Numbered from the stretch's first letter, positions 18,871 through 29,409 are shown. The stretch: DNA of 64,000 nucleotides from Nitrospirota bacterium (GCA_963737155.1 CAVTRN010000002.1:2496001-2560000); one strand, 5' to 3'. Numbers and translations: made by a program. The notes: generated by a model not told the origin, from the letters alone.

Positions 18871-19275
18871 AACTAAAGTGCCAACAAACACTAGCCACTC
18901 AATAAAAGAAAGAACCTAAAAAACCGATCAAGTCAAAGTAAACGGTTTTTGCTAACAGCCAGAATTCGATTATTATGACGGGAAAAGTTCCCTGTGCTTC
19001 CCCTTCAGGAGAAAGGCTTTGATCCGGGACCCTTATTTTTCTGCTGGAGCATCTGAGCGGAGCCGGTGGCGCGAGACCGGCCATTTTCACCGGGATAGAC
19101 AAGAGCGTTCCGAGACCTTCCGGCTTGACAGATCTGCGAAATTAGCATAATCTTCAGCACAGGAAACGCTGGCCAGAGCCGATTTTTTGCCGGATTCTCC
19201 GGCAAAAGGAATGCACGACCCAGCGCCAGTGCTGACAGGTACATACCGCATTTATGTCTTTCGATGGAGGAAAAC

Positions 19276-19755
19276 ATGAGGATTTTCATCCTGTGCTGGC
19301 TTCTGATGCTGGCATTGTCATTCCGAAACGCAACAGCCGGCGAACTGAGAGAACTGGATATGTTTGACGGCAGTACCATCACCGGCGAAGTACAATCGCT
19401 CAGCAACGGGATATACACAATAAAATCGGAAAGCCTCGGAATAATAAAAATCGAGGCATCGAAGATACGAGCTATCCATGCGATATCGTCTTTAGGGGGT
19501 GTAGGAGCCGGGTCCGGCAACGGAAGTTCCTCTGGTGAGATACAATCGCTACAGGAAAAGATGTTGAGCGACAAGAAAATTATGAGCCTAATACAGACCC
19601 TCCAGAACGATCCCGAATTTAAAAAAGCACTTGAGAACCCCGAAATCATGAAGGCCGTCAATGCAGGTGATGTCGCTGCCCTTCTAGCCAACCCTCGGTT
19701 CATGATGCTCCTGAACAACATCACGGTCAAGGAAATAGGAGAAAAAGTAAAATAA
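19276..19755 (+). CDS. Secreted hypothetical protein with a helical STI1-like C-terminus
   Basis: Signal peptide, DGSTITGEV beta region, NDPEF..ALENPEIM..LLANPRF; RBS GGAGG. Confidence 0.7.
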   Translation: MRIFILCWLLMLALSFRNATAGELRELDMFDGSTITGEVQSLSNGIYTIKSESLGIIKIEASKIRAIHAISSLGGVGAGSGNGSSSGEIQSLQEKMLSDKKIMSLIQTLQNDPEFKKALENPEIMKAVNAGDVAALLANPRFMMLLNNITVKEIGEKVK

Positions 19756-19789
19756 GAGAACGAATTACTTCTGTGCAAACACATTGTTG

Positions 19790-19818
19790 TTGACATCGCT
19801 TTCCGTACTGGATACTAT
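19790..19818 (+). promoter_or_regulatory. Sigma70-like promoter of purM
   Basis: TTGACA-17-TACTAT. Confidence 0.6.
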
Positions 19819-19845
19819 CACCGAAAAATTTAGAAGGGAAACGGT

Positions 19846-20874
19846 ATGGCCCTAACCTACAAAGACGCGGGCGTAGATATCGACGCCGGTGACCTCTTCG
19901 TCGAGAAAATCAAGCCCTATGTGAAATCAACGTTCCGGCCGGAAGTTATGACGCATATCGGCGGATTCGGCGGACTTTTCGCGCTTAAGAAATTCAAGGA
20001 GCCCGTCCTCGTGTCCGGGACAGACGGCGTCGGGACGAAACTCAAGATCGCCTTTCTCATGAACAAACACGATACGGTCGGAATCGACTTGGTCGCCATG
20101 TGTGTTAATGACATCATTGTCCAGGGTGCCGAACCACTTTTTTTCCTCGATTACTTTGCAACGGGCAAACTTAAACCTGTAGAACATACCGACATCGTCA
20201 AGGGCATTGCCGAAGGGTGCAAACAATCTGGCTGCGCACTCATCGGCGGAGAGACCGCAGAAATGCCTTCTTTCTACAGCGAGAATGAGTACGATCTGGC
20301 TGGCTTCGCCGTCGGCGTGGTTGAAAAGAAGAAGCTCATCAACGGCTCGAAAATTAAACCAGGGGACCTCCTTATCGGGCTGGCATCTTCGGGACTCCAC
20401 AGCAACGGCTTTTCCCTGGTGCGAAAGGTGCTTCTCGAGAAATCGGGATACGGCGTGCAGGACCTTCTGAGCGAATTGGGTCAAGTTCCCCTCGGCGACG
20501 TCCTGCTTACCCCCACGAGAATATACGCAAATACCATCAAAGCTCTTTTGAAGGAATTCGACATCCATGGCATGGCACATATCACGGGCGGAGGCATCAC
20601 CGAAAATACACCCCGCATGCTTCCGAAGGGCGCTCAAGCCTTGGTCAGGAAAGAGACTTGGGAAGTGCCTCCGATTTTCAAGCTTATCCGGAAAAAAGCG
20701 GGAGTCGACGATAATGAAATGTACCGGGACTTTAACATGGGACTCGGCATGATCCTTGCCGTATCGGGGAAGCAGGCTGAGGCGGTCATGAAAAAAGCTT
20801 CTAAATTGGGAGAAAAGGCGTATCTCGTCGGTGAAATTGTTAAGGGAAAACAGATTGTAAGGTATGAAAGCTAG
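19846..20874 (+). CDS. purM: Phosphoribosylformylglycinamidine cyclo-ligase
   Basis: YKDAGVDI, TDGVGTK, GGETAEMP, SSGLHSNG, AHITGGG. Confidence 0.97.
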   Translation: MALTYKDAGVDIDAGDLFVEKIKPYVKSTFRPEVMTHIGGFGGLFALKKFKEPVLVSGTDGVGTKLKIAFLMNKHDTVGIDLVAMCVNDIIVQGAEPLFFLDYFATGKLKPVEHTDIVKGIAEGCKQSGCALIGGETAEMPSFYSENEYDLAGFAVGVVEKKKLINGSKIKPGDLLIGLASSGLHSNGFSLVRKVLLEKSGYGVQDLLSELGQVPLGDVLLTPTRIYANTIKALLKEFDIHGMAHITGGGITENTPRMLPKGAQALVRKETWEVPPIFKLIRKKAGVDDNEMYRDFNMGLGMILAVSGKQAEAVMKKASKLGEKAYLVGEIVKGKQIVRYES

Positions 20875-20946
20875 GTCTCGAGTTATATCCCTGACTGCCG
20901 ATTACTGACTCCCACCCCGCCTTCGGCGCTTGTTTGAGGTACTTCC

Positions 20947-21597
20947 ATGAAAAAAGTAAAACTAGGCGTTCTTGTATCCGGTCGCGGTTCGAATCTTCAG
21001 GCAATCATCGACAACACCGAGAATGGAACACTCCTGGCTGAACTCGCCGTCGTGATCAGCGACCAAGCCAATGCCTACGCTCTTGAACGGGCTCGAAAAC
21101 ACAGGATTGCCGCAGTGCATGTAAGTGCCAAAGGGTTTAAAAACAAGCGGGATGAGTATGACGCATTGCTCGTAAAAGAATTGCGTACAAGGGACGTGGA
21201 GCTTATCTGCCTAGCCGGTTTCATGCGGATCATCACCCCGACACTGATCAAAGCCTATTCCAATCGCATCCTGAATATCCACCCCGCGCTCTTGCCGGCC
21301 TTCCCGGGCCTTCATGTCCAGAAAGCGGCACTTGACCACGGGGTCAAGTTTTCGGGGTGCACGGTGCATTTCGTGGATGAAGGTATGGATACGGGACCGA
21401 TCATCATCCAAGCCGTAGTCCCAATCCTGGACAACGATACGGAAGACAGCCTGTCTGCTCGAATCCTCAAACAGGAACACAAGATCTATTCTCGCGCCAT
21501 TCAGCTCTATGCCGAAGGTAGACTCGCCATCCTGGGCAGACGGGTTTCTGTCTCCAACGGGGAACATCCTGCCGATACGTTTCTTATAAATCCTTGA
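20947..21597 (+). CDS. purN: Phosphoribosylglycinamide formyltransferase
   Basis: SGRGSNLQA, LAGFMRI, NIHPALLP, GCTVHFVD. Confidence 0.96.
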   Translation: MKKVKLGVLVSGRGSNLQAIIDNTENGTLLAELAVVISDQANAYALERARKHRIAAVHVSAKGFKNKRDEYDALLVKELRTRDVELICLAGFMRIITPTLIKAYSNRILNIHPALLPAFPGLHVQKAALDHGVKFSGCTVHFVDEGMDTGPIIIQAVVPILDNDTEDSLSARILKQEHKIYSRAIQLYAEGRLAILGRRVSVSNGEHPADTFLINP

Positions 21598-21641
21598 CAA
21601 AATAGTAGTTTGGCCACTCGCTCTTATAAAGCGACGGATAA

Positions 21642-21875
21642 TCATGTTATTTGCTCCTGATTTACCTGGGTTACAGGCAGGCGCATTCTGAATGTTTCCC
21701 CGCCCAACATGTTATTCACAGCGCTGATGGTTCCTCCGTGATTCTCAATCAACCGCTTCGAAATCGCCAGCCCCACCCTTCGGTTTTGTACTGAAAAAAG
21801 GGTTGGAATATTTTACTCATCACGGTGGAATCCGGCACCTTACCGGTATCGGACTATTCAACCAAATCCTCACGC
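21642..21875 (-). pseudogene. Frameshifted remnant of a histidine kinase HATPase_c C-terminus
   Basis: Stitched frames read SDTG..SKIFQPFF / STKPKG / VGLAISKRLIENHGGTISAVNN / GGETFRMRLP (G1, F and G2 boxes). Confidence 0.7.
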
Positions 21876-22148
21876 TCATACGTAATGCAGTATCATTTCG
21901 AATAACCATACGAGAAATATGCCAAGTAACCATAAAATGAACAAGGCTGGTATAGAGGCAATTGCCCATTTAACCATAAGCATAACAATTGACCAAAAAG
22001 GCATGTCTATATTGGCAATGGTTACCCGGTTTATGTTGTCAGTCATTTGTCCGGAAAATTGGCTGGTAAAAACGTATCCGCATTTACACCTGGCATCATT
22101 CTCCGGAACTAATTCAGAGCAGTTGGGACATTTTTTGAGCAACGCCAT
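21876..22148 (-). CDS. Small Zn-ribbon + membrane protein
   Basis: CPNC...CKCG, then IDMPFWSIVMLMVKWAIASIPA TM region; RBS GGAGG. Confidence 0.7.
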   Translation of the reverse strand: MALLKKCPNCSELVPENDARCKCGYVFTSQFSGQMTDNINRVTIANIDMPFWSIVMLMVKWAIASIPALFILWLLGIFLVWLFEMILHYV

Positions 22149-22723
22149 CTTTTGAACCTCCTCATTGTTGTTGTAATCAAAGTTCGGTTATGTTTTATAG
22201 CCAGAAAAGCCGCACAAAATTATCAGCTTACATAAACTTGTGTTACATGAGGTCGCAAGTTTAAATTGTATCTCGAATCAATGAGCTATTTCAACATCAA
22301 TACTCATATCCCCAATATTCCCTGCCAATTTCTGATTACTCCCCCTGCCTTCGTTTTTGAGGTACTTTCAAACAATTTCATCTGTTCCCGTGTGTACATA
22401 TCAAACAATTTTCCCCAAACTGGGCTTCCGGTTTGTACTCCGCCTGCAAGATATTCAAGTTCATAATTTGATGCCAGGGCAATGATTACCGCAAAGTATT
22501 CCCTCCAGCCTCCAAGCTTACAGTGGCGCAGTTTTCATCTCTTCTTTTCACCCATAAAAAATCGGTGATATCCTAAATCCATGTATCTGCCACTACCATT
22601 TTCCCTTCATGTTTTCGCTGATATTCTTGTTACCAGCCTATTGTTGGACATCCTATTTCGTCCATGTTTCCGCAAAAATACTGTCGACCAAAAATCAACT
22701 AAACAAAAACTTCACACTGAAAC

Positions 22724-22756
22724 AAAAAAGGACTTAGCATTGGTTGCTAAGTCCTT
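22724..22756 (-). terminator. Terminator downstream of tRNA-Ala
   Basis: 12-bp stem AAGGACTTAGCA/TGCTAAGTCCTT followed by a T-run on the minus strand. Confidence 0.7.
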
Positions 22757-22764
22757 ACAAAGAT

Positions 22765-22840
22765 TGGTGGACGAGAAGGGGATCGAACCCTCGGCCCCCG
22801 CATTGCGAACGCGGTGCTCTCCCAGCTGAGCTACTCGCCC
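22765..22840 (-). tRNA. tRNA-Ala (anticodon CGC)
   Basis: 76 nt GGGCGAG...CTCGTCCACCA, G3.U70 Ala determinant, loop TT-CGC-AA, GGTTCGAT T-arm, encoded CCA. Confidence 0.96.
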
Positions 22841-23227
22841 CCGGTCTGGAGACTGGAAAACGGCTTTAATTTAATTCATCAGCACGGAGAAAGCAAGAGA
22901 ATAATTGCAAAATAGGATCAGCAAGATTAGTGCATGAGGGCATCCTAATATTCACATCCCCGTATCGGATTTCGCTTCCGTGCTTATGTAATACCAAAAT
23001 AGAAATATCCTATTTCAAGATACTAATGCAGTTCTTCAATTGTCATAAGAGCCCGCCTTAATGCACCTGTAATTTCCCTACGTATCATAAACGACGTAAA
23101 AGCAGTGGAAACAGAGATTGATGGCCATAATATCACTAAACAAAGCAGTTTGTTTACGGCTAGAAGCGCTTTTAATGTAAAAAAGTAGGACATTTCTACT
23201 TTGGGACAACATTCGCTTTCGTGCTTA

Positions 23228-23256
23228 TTGACAAATCGGTTCATCTCAGCTATAGT
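23228..23256 (+). promoter_or_regulatory. Sigma70-like promoter
   Basis: TTGACA-17-TATAGT upstream of the sORF at 23301. Confidence 0.7.
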
Positions 23257-23300
23257 GTGCAAGTTTGGGACACAGATATCCCACCAAAGGAGAATGAACG

Positions 23301-23411
23301 ATGCGTGAGAGACAGAAAGAACTGCGCCGGAGGCGCAAACGGAGGGAAGAAACCCTTCGGAGCAAACGTCATGCGGCGAAAGCCGATGCAGCAGCCAAAA
23401 AAGGAAAATAA
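23301..23411 (+). CDS. 36-aa Arg/Lys-rich small protein (MRERQKELRRRRKRREETLRSKRHAAKADAAAKKGK)
   Basis: Manual translation; RBS AAAGGAGA; stop 4 nt before the lipoprotein ATG. Confidence 0.7.
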   Translation: MRERQKELRRRRKRREETLRSKRHAAKADAAAKKGK

Positions 23412-23415
23412 CCGG

Positions 23416-25346
23416 ATGCCCACCCGGCATTCAGGCTTCAGAACATCGATCGTTCTGCTCATGTTGTTTCTTTTCAATGCGCTTCTCCCGCTGGGTTGCG
23501 CCCCGAAACTCGCTCCTGCTCCGGAACATGTTTGGGAAAAGGACGCCCGCGCGCTCCTTGACCAGGCTGACAGTCAGTTCGAAAAGAAACAGTATTACAT
23601 GTCCACGAGCACAATAGAGTCCTTTCTATACCGGTATCCGACGAGCCAATACCGGGACAGAGCTCTCTATCGTATGGGTGAAATTCTTTTTACCCTGCGT
23701 GACTACGCCAAAGCCGCCAATTATTACAAAGAAATCATCCAGGAATATCCCAAATCATCCTCCATTATTGCTGCAAAGTACCGTCTCAGCCAGTGTTACT
23801 TCGAGCTGAAGGAGTACGACCTCACCATAGCAAATCTTGCGGACCACGGAAAAATCTCCGATCCCGTCCAGTTGAGAAGCATTGCCGAAATGCTTTCTGT
23901 GGCCTATTCGGCGAAAAAGGACTATCTCCATGCTTCCCAGGAATACGCTTATCTCGCGGCAAACGCACAGACTGAACAGCAGAGGGCAGGGTACCGGGAT
24001 CGAGTCCGCGAGATCATCAATAAAGATCTTACAGAGAATGAACTCAGGATGCTGGCAACAGAAAACACCTACCCGGCGGACCTAGCCGAATTGCGTTTGG
24101 CGGGACTCCTGATCGAAAAACGGCAGTACCAGGAGTCCATACAGGTCACCCGCCGATTCCTTGAAAATAATGCTGCCCATCCGGAAAAGACACGTGCCGA
24201 GATGCTCCTGAACGAAGCGATGACAAAACTCTCGGCGCCGCGTCATTATCTCGGAGCGCTCATTCCCCGGACAGGACAGCTCGCCTTTTTCGGAGATCAT
24301 GTCTTACAGGGAATTCAGCTCGCCGTGCATGAGTACAACACGCGAAAGCCCGATGACCCCGTAGAACTCCTCACCATGGATACCGAGGGTTCTCCGGATA
24401 AAGCCTTAATTGCCTTGAATGAACTTGCTGCCAAAGGTGTCATAGCGGTGATCGGGCCGCTACTGACAAAAGAAACAGAGGCCCTTGTTCCAGCGCTGGA
24501 AAAGCTTAAAATCCCGGTAATCACTCCCGCGGCATCGGGAGAAGATATCGGGAAGCTGAGTCCCTGGCTTTTCCGGAATGCGCTTACCAATTCGAGTCAG
24601 GCGGAAACGGCAGCCAGGTACGCGCAACAGCAGAGCCTGAGAAAATTCGTAGTTCTCTACCCCGACGATGCCCCCGACAAGGACTTGGCCCGACTCTTCA
24701 CAATGGACATGGATCACCAGGCCAGATCCTGGCAACCATCGCCTATCCTCCCGATGTCAGGGACTTCGGACCGTATATCAGAAGAGTGATGGAAATCGAC
24801 CTACAATCTCGGAAAATCAAGATCCCCGACGATGATGCGGAGCGAAAAAAACTGTTCCAAGATTATATCCCCGCTTTTGACGCTCTCTATCTGCCTGGCT
24901 ACGCCGATCAGATCGGATTGCTGATACCCCAGCTTGTTTTTTACAATATTTCCGGCATTGCAATTATCGGCTCGAATAACTGGCACTCCCCGGACCTGCT
25001 AGAACGCGCCCGGCGTTATGCGGAGGGCACCGTGTTTGTCGATGGTTTTTTCCCGGAAAGCACGGACCCCGCGATCAAGACTATTATTGATGCCTACCAT
25101 TCCGCCTACCAGCAGGAACCGGACATCTTGGCTGCCCAAGCCTACGATGCGGCAGCCATGGTGCTAGCTCTTCTTGGGGAACATAAGGACACGCCACTCG
25201 CAATCAGGGATGGTTTGCTTTCACTCAAGGATTTCCCCGGGATCTCGGGCGCAACAACTTTTGCGGGCACCGGCGAAGCGCAGAAAAAACTCTTCTTGGT
25301 CAAAATCCAGGATGGGAAATTTACCCTCTCTGGTGATAATAAATAA
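23416..25346 (+). pseudogene. TPR + periplasmic-binding-fold lipoprotein (LpoA/LppC-like PBP activator), split by one frameshift near 24720
   Basis: Lipobox LPLG-C, BamD-like TPRs, VIGPLL, AAQAYDA; the frame of ORF 24786 is open upstream as QILATIAYPPDVRDFGPYIRRV. Could be a sequencing error. Confidence 0.75.
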
Positions 25347-25443
25347 AGTCCTTCCCTGTTTTCCCTTGACAAGACCGCTTCATTTCTTTTACTATCATTA
25401 TTCGCTGCATTCGGAGCTTCCGGAGCACTTGTCGGCATAATCG

Positions 25444-26154
25444 ATGGATAAACTGAACATCATACAAAAAATCGTAGTCATGGCCCCGCCTCTTGTATTC
25501 GCCATAGTTCTCCACGAGGTGGCCCACGGCTGGATCGCAAACAAGCTCGGAGACCATACAGCGCGTGACCGCGGCCGGCTTACTCTGAATCCCATTTCCC
25601 ATATTGATCTTTTCGGCACCATCATTATGCCAGTCCTCCTCTACCTGACCACGCACGGCAGGTTCATTTTTGGATACGCAAAACCGGTTCCTATCAATCC
25701 CTACAATTTCAAAGACCCTAAAAAAGGAATGGCGCTCTCTTCGCTCGCCGGCCCCGGTGTGAATCTCATCATGGCGATAGCGTTCTCTTTTTTCCTGCGC
25801 ATCGTATTACCGAGCATTGAAGTCTTCATTCCGCGATCGGTATGGGAATCCATAGGGATTCCCATAGTCCTTATGCTGGGCTATGGTGTCCTCATCAACA
25901 TCGGATTGGCCCTCCTCAACTCGATACCCATTCCCCCGCTCGATGGAAGCAGAATCGTCTATTGGCTCCTTCCCAATGCCCTGGCGTCGGCATACTATCG
26001 TTTAGAACGATACGGGATGCTAATCATCTTAGCTCTCTTTGCATTCAATATTCTCAGTTACCTGATCTGGCCGATCATGCAACCGGCCCTCGACATCCTT
26101 CTCGGACAGAATATGCTTGACATACTCAGTCACTTTCTCTTTTCAGGCGGATAA
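25444..26154 (+). CDS. Site-2 protease family (M50) membrane metalloprotease
   Basis: HEVAH, AGPGVN, NSIPIPPLDG. Confidence 0.92.
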   Translation: MDKLNIIQKIVVMAPPLVFAIVLHEVAHGWIANKLGDHTARDRGRLTLNPISHIDLFGTIIMPVLLYLTTHGRFIFGYAKPVPINPYNFKDPKKGMALSSLAGPGVNLIMAIAFSFFLRIVLPSIEVFIPRSVWESIGIPIVLMLGYGVLINIGLALLNSIPIPPLDGSRIVYWLLPNALASAYYRLERYGMLIILALFAFNILSYLIWPIMQPALDILLGQNMLDILSHFLFSGG

Positions 26155-26195
26155 CTTTAAGGCAAATAACGAAATGGAGTTTGAGAGTACACGCT

Positions 26196-27179
26196 ATGTC
26201 CAAACAACGCGTATTAAGCGGCATGCAGCCTAGCGGGCTGCTTCATCTTGGCAACCTCATGGGTGCTCTCGAAAACTGGAGAAAACTCCAGGATCAACAC
26301 GAGTGCTATTACTTCATCGCCGACTGGCATGCCCTCACAACGAACTACGCTGACACGTCCCGTATCCGCACCTACAGCAGGGAAATGGTCATCGATTGGA
26401 TTGCGGCCGGACTCGATCCTGAAAAGGCGGTGCTTTTCCAGCAGTCGCTCGTGCCCGAACACGCGGTCCTCCATGTGCTCCTGTCCATGTCCACGCCCCT
26501 TCCCTGGCTTGAGCGCGTCCCCACCTACAAGGAAAAGATCAACCAGCTCCAGGACAAGGACATGAATACCTATGGCTTCCTCGGCTATCCTGTTTTGCAG
26601 GCCGCGGATATCCTGATCTACAAGGCCCACTTAGTTCCCGTCGGGATCGACCAGCTCCCACACCTTGAACTTACTCGCGAGATCGGCAGGCGCTTCGACC
26701 AGCTGTACGGGGAGATATTCCCTGAACCTCAGCCGCTCATGACCGAATACCCCAAGCTCCCGGGCACCGACGGTCGTAAAATGAGCAAGAGCTACAACAA
26801 CTGTCTTTACCTGTCCGACAGCCCCGAGGAAATCACCAAGAAGGTCATGCAGATGGTGACCGACCCCGCCCGCATCCGGAGGCAAGACCCCGGTAATCCG
26901 GACGTCTGTCCCCTCTTCGACCTTGACAGGATATTCGCGCCCAAGGAGTGGTGCGCTTACGTTAATGTGGAATGCCGCCGCGCGGGCATCGGCTGCGTGG
27001 ATGACAAAAAAGAATTGTTGAAGCATCTCCTCGCCTATCTCAAACCCCTCCAGGAACGGCGAAAGGAACTTGCCGCAAAGCCCGAGCAGGCGAGGGAGAT
27101 TATCCAAGAAGGCTCACGCCGCGCACGGGTTATTGCCGCGCAGACCCTGGTTGAGGTGACCGAGGCAATGAAACTTTAA
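26196..27179 (+). CDS. trpS: Tryptophan--tRNA ligase
   Basis: SGMQPSG, HLGN, YPVLQAADI, VGIDQ, KMSKS. Confidence 0.97.
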   Translation: MSKQRVLSGMQPSGLLHLGNLMGALENWRKLQDQHECYYFIADWHALTTNYADTSRIRTYSREMVIDWIAAGLDPEKAVLFQQSLVPEHAVLHVLLSMSTPLPWLERVPTYKEKINQLQDKDMNTYGFLGYPVLQAADILIYKAHLVPVGIDQLPHLELTREIGRRFDQLYGEIFPEPQPLMTEYPKLPGTDGRKMSKSYNNCLYLSDSPEEITKKVMQMVTDPARIRRQDPGNPDVCPLFDLDRIFAPKEWCAYVNVECRRAGIGCVDDKKELLKHLLAYLKPLQERRKELAAKPEQAREIIQEGSRRARVIAAQTLVEVTEAMKL

Positions 27180-27379
27180 TGTCCGAAAAGATTTCATGAA
27201 CCACAGGCGACTTTATCGCACAAGACCCATCTTAAATCTGCTCCGACCTGCGTCTCTTGTGTTGCGAACCTGTGATTTTAGTTCTGTTGAAGCCGTTTTT
27301 AACCGCCCATACTTCTAGAAAAAACCTTGACAATACAGTGCTTCTCCCCTATTATTTCTCTAGTTAGTTAGAGTATATC

Positions 27380-28366
27380 ATGATGATCACTTCCCTTCAG
27401 GACATCTTAAAAGAATACAAATCCGATATGGAACGGATGGAGCACAGGATCCATGAAAGCCTGGGCACCGATGTCCCCCTCATTCAGCAGGTCAGCAAAT
27501 ACATCCTCGGCGCGGGCGGCAAGCGTTTCCGCCCCCTGCTTCACCTGCTCTCAGCCCGTCTCTGCGGCTACCGCGAGCATAATGCCGAATATGTTCTCGG
27601 GAGCGTGGTGGAATACATCCATACCGCTTCGCTCCTGCATGATGATGTAGTCGATGAAGCGATGATCCGCCGTGGCAGGTCGTCAGCCAACACGCTCTGG
27701 GGCAACCAAGCAAGCATTCTGGTCGGCGACTACCTCTATTCAAAGGCCCTCTACCACGCCGTGCGTCTCCAGATCCAGCGCGTCATGGACGTCCTCTCGG
27801 AAACCACTACGACCATGTCCGAGGGTGAAGTCTTGCAGCTCATGCAGATTCAGAATTCCGACATTACGGAATCCGACTATTTCAGACTTGTGGAATGCAA
27901 GACCGGCGTACTAATCTCGGCATCCTGCCGGCTCGGCGCCATCATCAGCAAGGCTCCGCTCTCACAGGAGGATGCCCTCACCGCCTACGGGAAAAAACTC
28001 GGTCTCGCGTATCAGATCACCGATGATACACTCGATTACGCGGCAGATCAGAAACAGCTCGGCAAAATGCTCGGCAAAGACTTTGCTGAAGGCAAGGTGA
28101 CTCTCCCACTCATATACCTCATGCGGCAGGCAAATGAATCGGAGCAGGAGCACCTCAGAAGCCTTCTCCGGACGGATACTATGACCGACGCCGATCTGAC
28201 TTATACCCTGGCACTCATGGGGGAATACGGCTCCGTCAATGAGGCTCTCTCCATTGCCCAGACCTTATCGGGCGAGGCCAAGACAGCCCTAAACGTGTTC
28301 CCCGATTCCGCACCGCGACAAGCCCTCATGGCCCTTGCAGATTATGTGGTGCAGCGGGAGATGTGA
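27380..28366 (+). CDS. ispB: Polyprenyl (octaprenyl-type) diphosphate synthase
   Basis: GGKRFRP, LHDDVVD..RRG, QITDD.LD. Confidence 0.85.
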   Translation: MMITSLQDILKEYKSDMERMEHRIHESLGTDVPLIQQVSKYILGAGGKRFRPLLHLLSARLCGYREHNAEYVLGSVVEYIHTASLLHDDVVDEAMIRRGRSSANTLWGNQASILVGDYLYSKALYHAVRLQIQRVMDVLSETTTTMSEGEVLQLMQIQNSDITESDYFRLVECKTGVLISASCRLGAIISKAPLSQEDALTAYGKKLGLAYQITDDTLDYAADQKQLGKMLGKDFAEGKVTLPLIYLMRQANESEQEHLRSLLRTDTMTDADLTYTLALMGEYGSVNEALSIAQTLSGEAKTALNVFPDSAPRQALMALADYVVQREM

Positions 28367-28878
28367 TGCATCCCCTCGTTAAGCTGGCAAAAGATACCGT
28401 TGAACTTTATGTCAGGGAAGGCAAAATCCTCAAAGTAAATGAGGAAGAGCTACCATCCGAGCTCAGGCAGCGTGCCGGTGTGTTCGTCTGCCTCAAGATA
28501 AAAGGAAATCTTCGCGGCTGTATCGGGACGTTCTCACCCATGGAGCAGACAATTGCCCATGAGACCGTACGGAACGCGATTAGCGCCGCTAAATGCGATC
28601 CGCGGTTCGAATGCGTTCAAGCAAACGAGTTGGACACAATAGAGTATACCGTGGACGTGCTGACCCTCCCGGAAAAGGTAGCCAACAAAAGCCAGCTTGA
28701 TCCTCGGCGGTACGGAGTCATAGTTCAGGCCGGTGGCAGAAGAGGTCTGTTGCTACCCGATCTCGAAGGTGTCGACACAGTCGATTACCAGGTCAGCATC
28801 GCGTTGCAGAAGGCGGGCATATCGCCCGGCACAAGCGTTGAGTTATTCCGGTTTGAAGTAAAACGATACGAACAATAG
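28366..28878 (+). CDS. AmmeMemoRadiSam system protein A (AMMECR1 domain)
   Basis: GVFV.LK..G.LRGCIGT, DPRF, GLLLPDL. Confidence 0.88.
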   Translation: MHPLVKLAKDTVELYVREGKILKVNEEELPSELRQRAGVFVCLKIKGNLRGCIGTFSPMEQTIAHETVRNAISAAKCDPRFECVQANELDTIEYTVDVLTLPEKVANKSQLDPRRYGVIVQAGGRRGLLLPDLEGVDTVDYQVSIALQKAGISPGTSVELFRFEVKRYEQ

Positions 28879-29073
28879 TATTTAGGACAGCTCATCGACT
28901 CATTCGAATGCATTTATCTTACCTTTGCATCACGACCTGCCACGGCATGTCCGAAACTGAGCCGAGGAAATCGCATGGCTTCAAAGGGATTCGGACAAGC
29001 CGGAACCAAATCAAAAGCGCATACCCTGTTTTTTTGATACGTAATCATTTACCCAAGGAGGAAGAAAAAATAG

Positions 29074-29409
29074 ATGGAGAGACCGGACAAAGTTGAGAAA
29101 GAAGATACGCAGAAAATAAAGCTCATTTTTCTCTCACTTGCAGTATTAGCGACGATCTTGCTGATTTGGAGTTTATATGCCGCTAACAAGGCCAGAACAG
29201 AGCGGGACTCTGCCAGGCAGGATTTGGAGCAGTTGAAACAGGACAATGCAAAACTCGAAGAGATGGTGAAAGACCAAAACCAGGAAATAGACGCTCTTAA
29301 GAAGCAAGTACAGGAGTGGGAAGCCAAAGCCAAAACAAAGCCTGTGGTCAAGAAAAAGGCTCGAGCCAAAGTCAAGAAAAAGAAGAAGAAGTCAACAAAA
29401 CATTATTAG
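29074..29409 (+). CDS. Single-TM coiled-coil protein with a Lys-rich C-terminal tail
   Basis: TM helix, heptad coil, tail KAKTKPVVKKKARAKVKKKKKKSTKHY; RBS AAGGAGG upstream. Confidence 0.75.
   Translation: MERPDKVEKEDTQKIKLIFLSLAVLATILLIWSLYAANKARTERDSARQDLEQLKQDNAKLEEMVKDQNQEIDALKKQVQEWEAKAKTKPVVKKKARAKVKKKKKKSTKHY

Noticed and set aside
19005-19796. 263-aa minus-strand ORF
   Set aside because: Antisense shadow of the secreted protein at 19276-19755.
23221-23415. N-terminal 65 aa of ORF 23221-24789
   Set aside because: It overlaps a promoter and the 23301 sORF; the lipoprotein signal starts at ATG 23416.
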